In this document: one piece after another, positions 62,785 to 64,000 of the stretch
Numbering within the stretch: the first letter of the stretch is position 1
Layout of the letters: every line of letters starts with the position of its first letter
DNA from: Lingula anatina
Lineage: Eukaryota > Animalia > Brachiopoda
Direction of reading: 5' to 3'
Assembly (NCBI GenBank): GCA_051362555.1
Contig: CM120649.1
Location: 5,394,001 to 5,458,000 of the forward strand
DNA: 64,000 nt
Notes under the pieces: model-generated
Database searches by the model: none
What the model saw: only the letters and a program-made list of their open reading frames with translations
What the model was told of the DNA's origin: nothing
Program-made: the position numbers and the translations under genes

Positions 62785-64000
62785 CAGCATTGGTCAAAAA
62801 GGTTGTCCCACCCCCATTTCCATGTACTTTTATTTACAAATGATCACCTCACAGCTGTGAACTGTTAGAAATAGTGCTTTTTATCACGGATACCGTGTCT
62901 AACATGATTAATGGTTAAAAAAATACAAAATAGTGGTGAAAATATACATATTTTATACCATTTAGTAAAATTTATAAGAGGTACCCCCTCAAATCGACTG
63001 TTTCACTGTTACTACTACAGATGTAAAGAAATGTCTATAAAATTGAAAAGGTGCCATCAAATGTCACCAAATTCACACACAATTACCATTAGGGTGTGCT
63101 CGTTAAAGATCACGTGCCTAACAGCGTGTGCGTCTACCGCGTACTGCAATTATCTCCTGTAGACGGCGCGAAAAGCCTCCAACATGGGTAACAATTCTGT
63201 TATGTGGGATATTGTCCCATTCATCCTAAAGAGCGTGGCGGAATTAGTCAAGATTATTTAGGAATTGGTTCTCCTCTGCAATGCACATTCCAATTTATGC
63301 CACAGGTGCTCAGTAGGATTAATATCAGGACTCAAAGACGGTTGTCCCATCCTCAGAGCCCTGTGTTTCTGCAACAAATCGTTTGCCAGACGAGAGCTGT
63401 GAGCAAGTGCGTCGTCACAATGAAGCCAGTAGTATCCCTGAAGTCACCTCTTGCAAATGGAGTGAGATTTCTGTTGAGAATGTTACATCAAAATGCCCCT
63501 GTTACGTTTTGTTCCAAAAGGAACAATGTACTAATACCATGGGCTTGGAATGTTCTCCAAATGCGGATTGATCTAACACCTCAGGCGATATTATCCTGCA
63601 CACATCCTTCCAAGAGGCATTTTTTAACATGTCTATGGACCCTCTTTGACCATCGATGGGATACAAGAAATAATTTGATTCTGCATCAAAATCAACTTCC
63701 TTCCAGTGATGGATGGCCAGGTTCAGGTGCCTGTGGGATCACTGAACGTAGCATTCTCAGCTGATATCTCATTCCATCTGCAAGAATTGACTTTGGGGTT
63801 AACTTCAGGCTTTATCGTGACTGCACACTTGCTCACACCTCTCGCCTGGCAACTGTTTGTTGAAGAAACATAATGGTCTAAGGATGGAACCACCATCTTT
63901 GAGCCCTGATATCAAACTTACTAATCAACTGTGACATGTATTGGAGTGTGCAATGCAAAGGAGAACCAACCCCATAAAAGCGTGGACCAACTCCCCCAAC
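62785..64000 (-). mobile_element. Decayed Tc1/mariner transposon, running off the window
   Basis: Minus strand near 63300-63350 encodes QPSLSPDINPTEHLW (Tc1 SPDLNPIEHLW motif), followed by a degenerate ..DEWDNIP segment. A TA-CAG terminal-repeat-like start lies at 62783-62787. Frames are disrupted. Confidence 0.75.

Overview
Intron-rich, AT-rich animal genomic DNA, not prokaryotic. The repeat landscape suggests a lophotrochozoan, probably a mollusc (inference). Seven spliced genes can be reconstructed by hand: BCOR (+, 3556-16033), PNPLA4-type patatin (-), PUDP/HDHD1 (+), KICS2/C12orf66 (+), FYTTD1/UIF (-), MED11 (-) and ACADVL (+, 41072-55279). There is also a candidate secreted-precursor gene starting at 59266 and a decayed Tc1-like transposon at the right end. 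Introns carry palindromic MITEs, a Penelope-like retroelement fragment with inverted hammerhead-like repeats and a 14-bp TSD, and a 4.5-kb Helentron-type element with a 161-bp satellite and nested insertions. Main points of interest: a U12-type intron in KICS2, BCOR-PNPLA4-PUDP linkage echoing human Xp, a 116-bp MED11/ACADVL bidirectional promoter, and a long tail after the BCOR PUFD domain. Gene identities rest on recalled human protein motifs; no database search was run.
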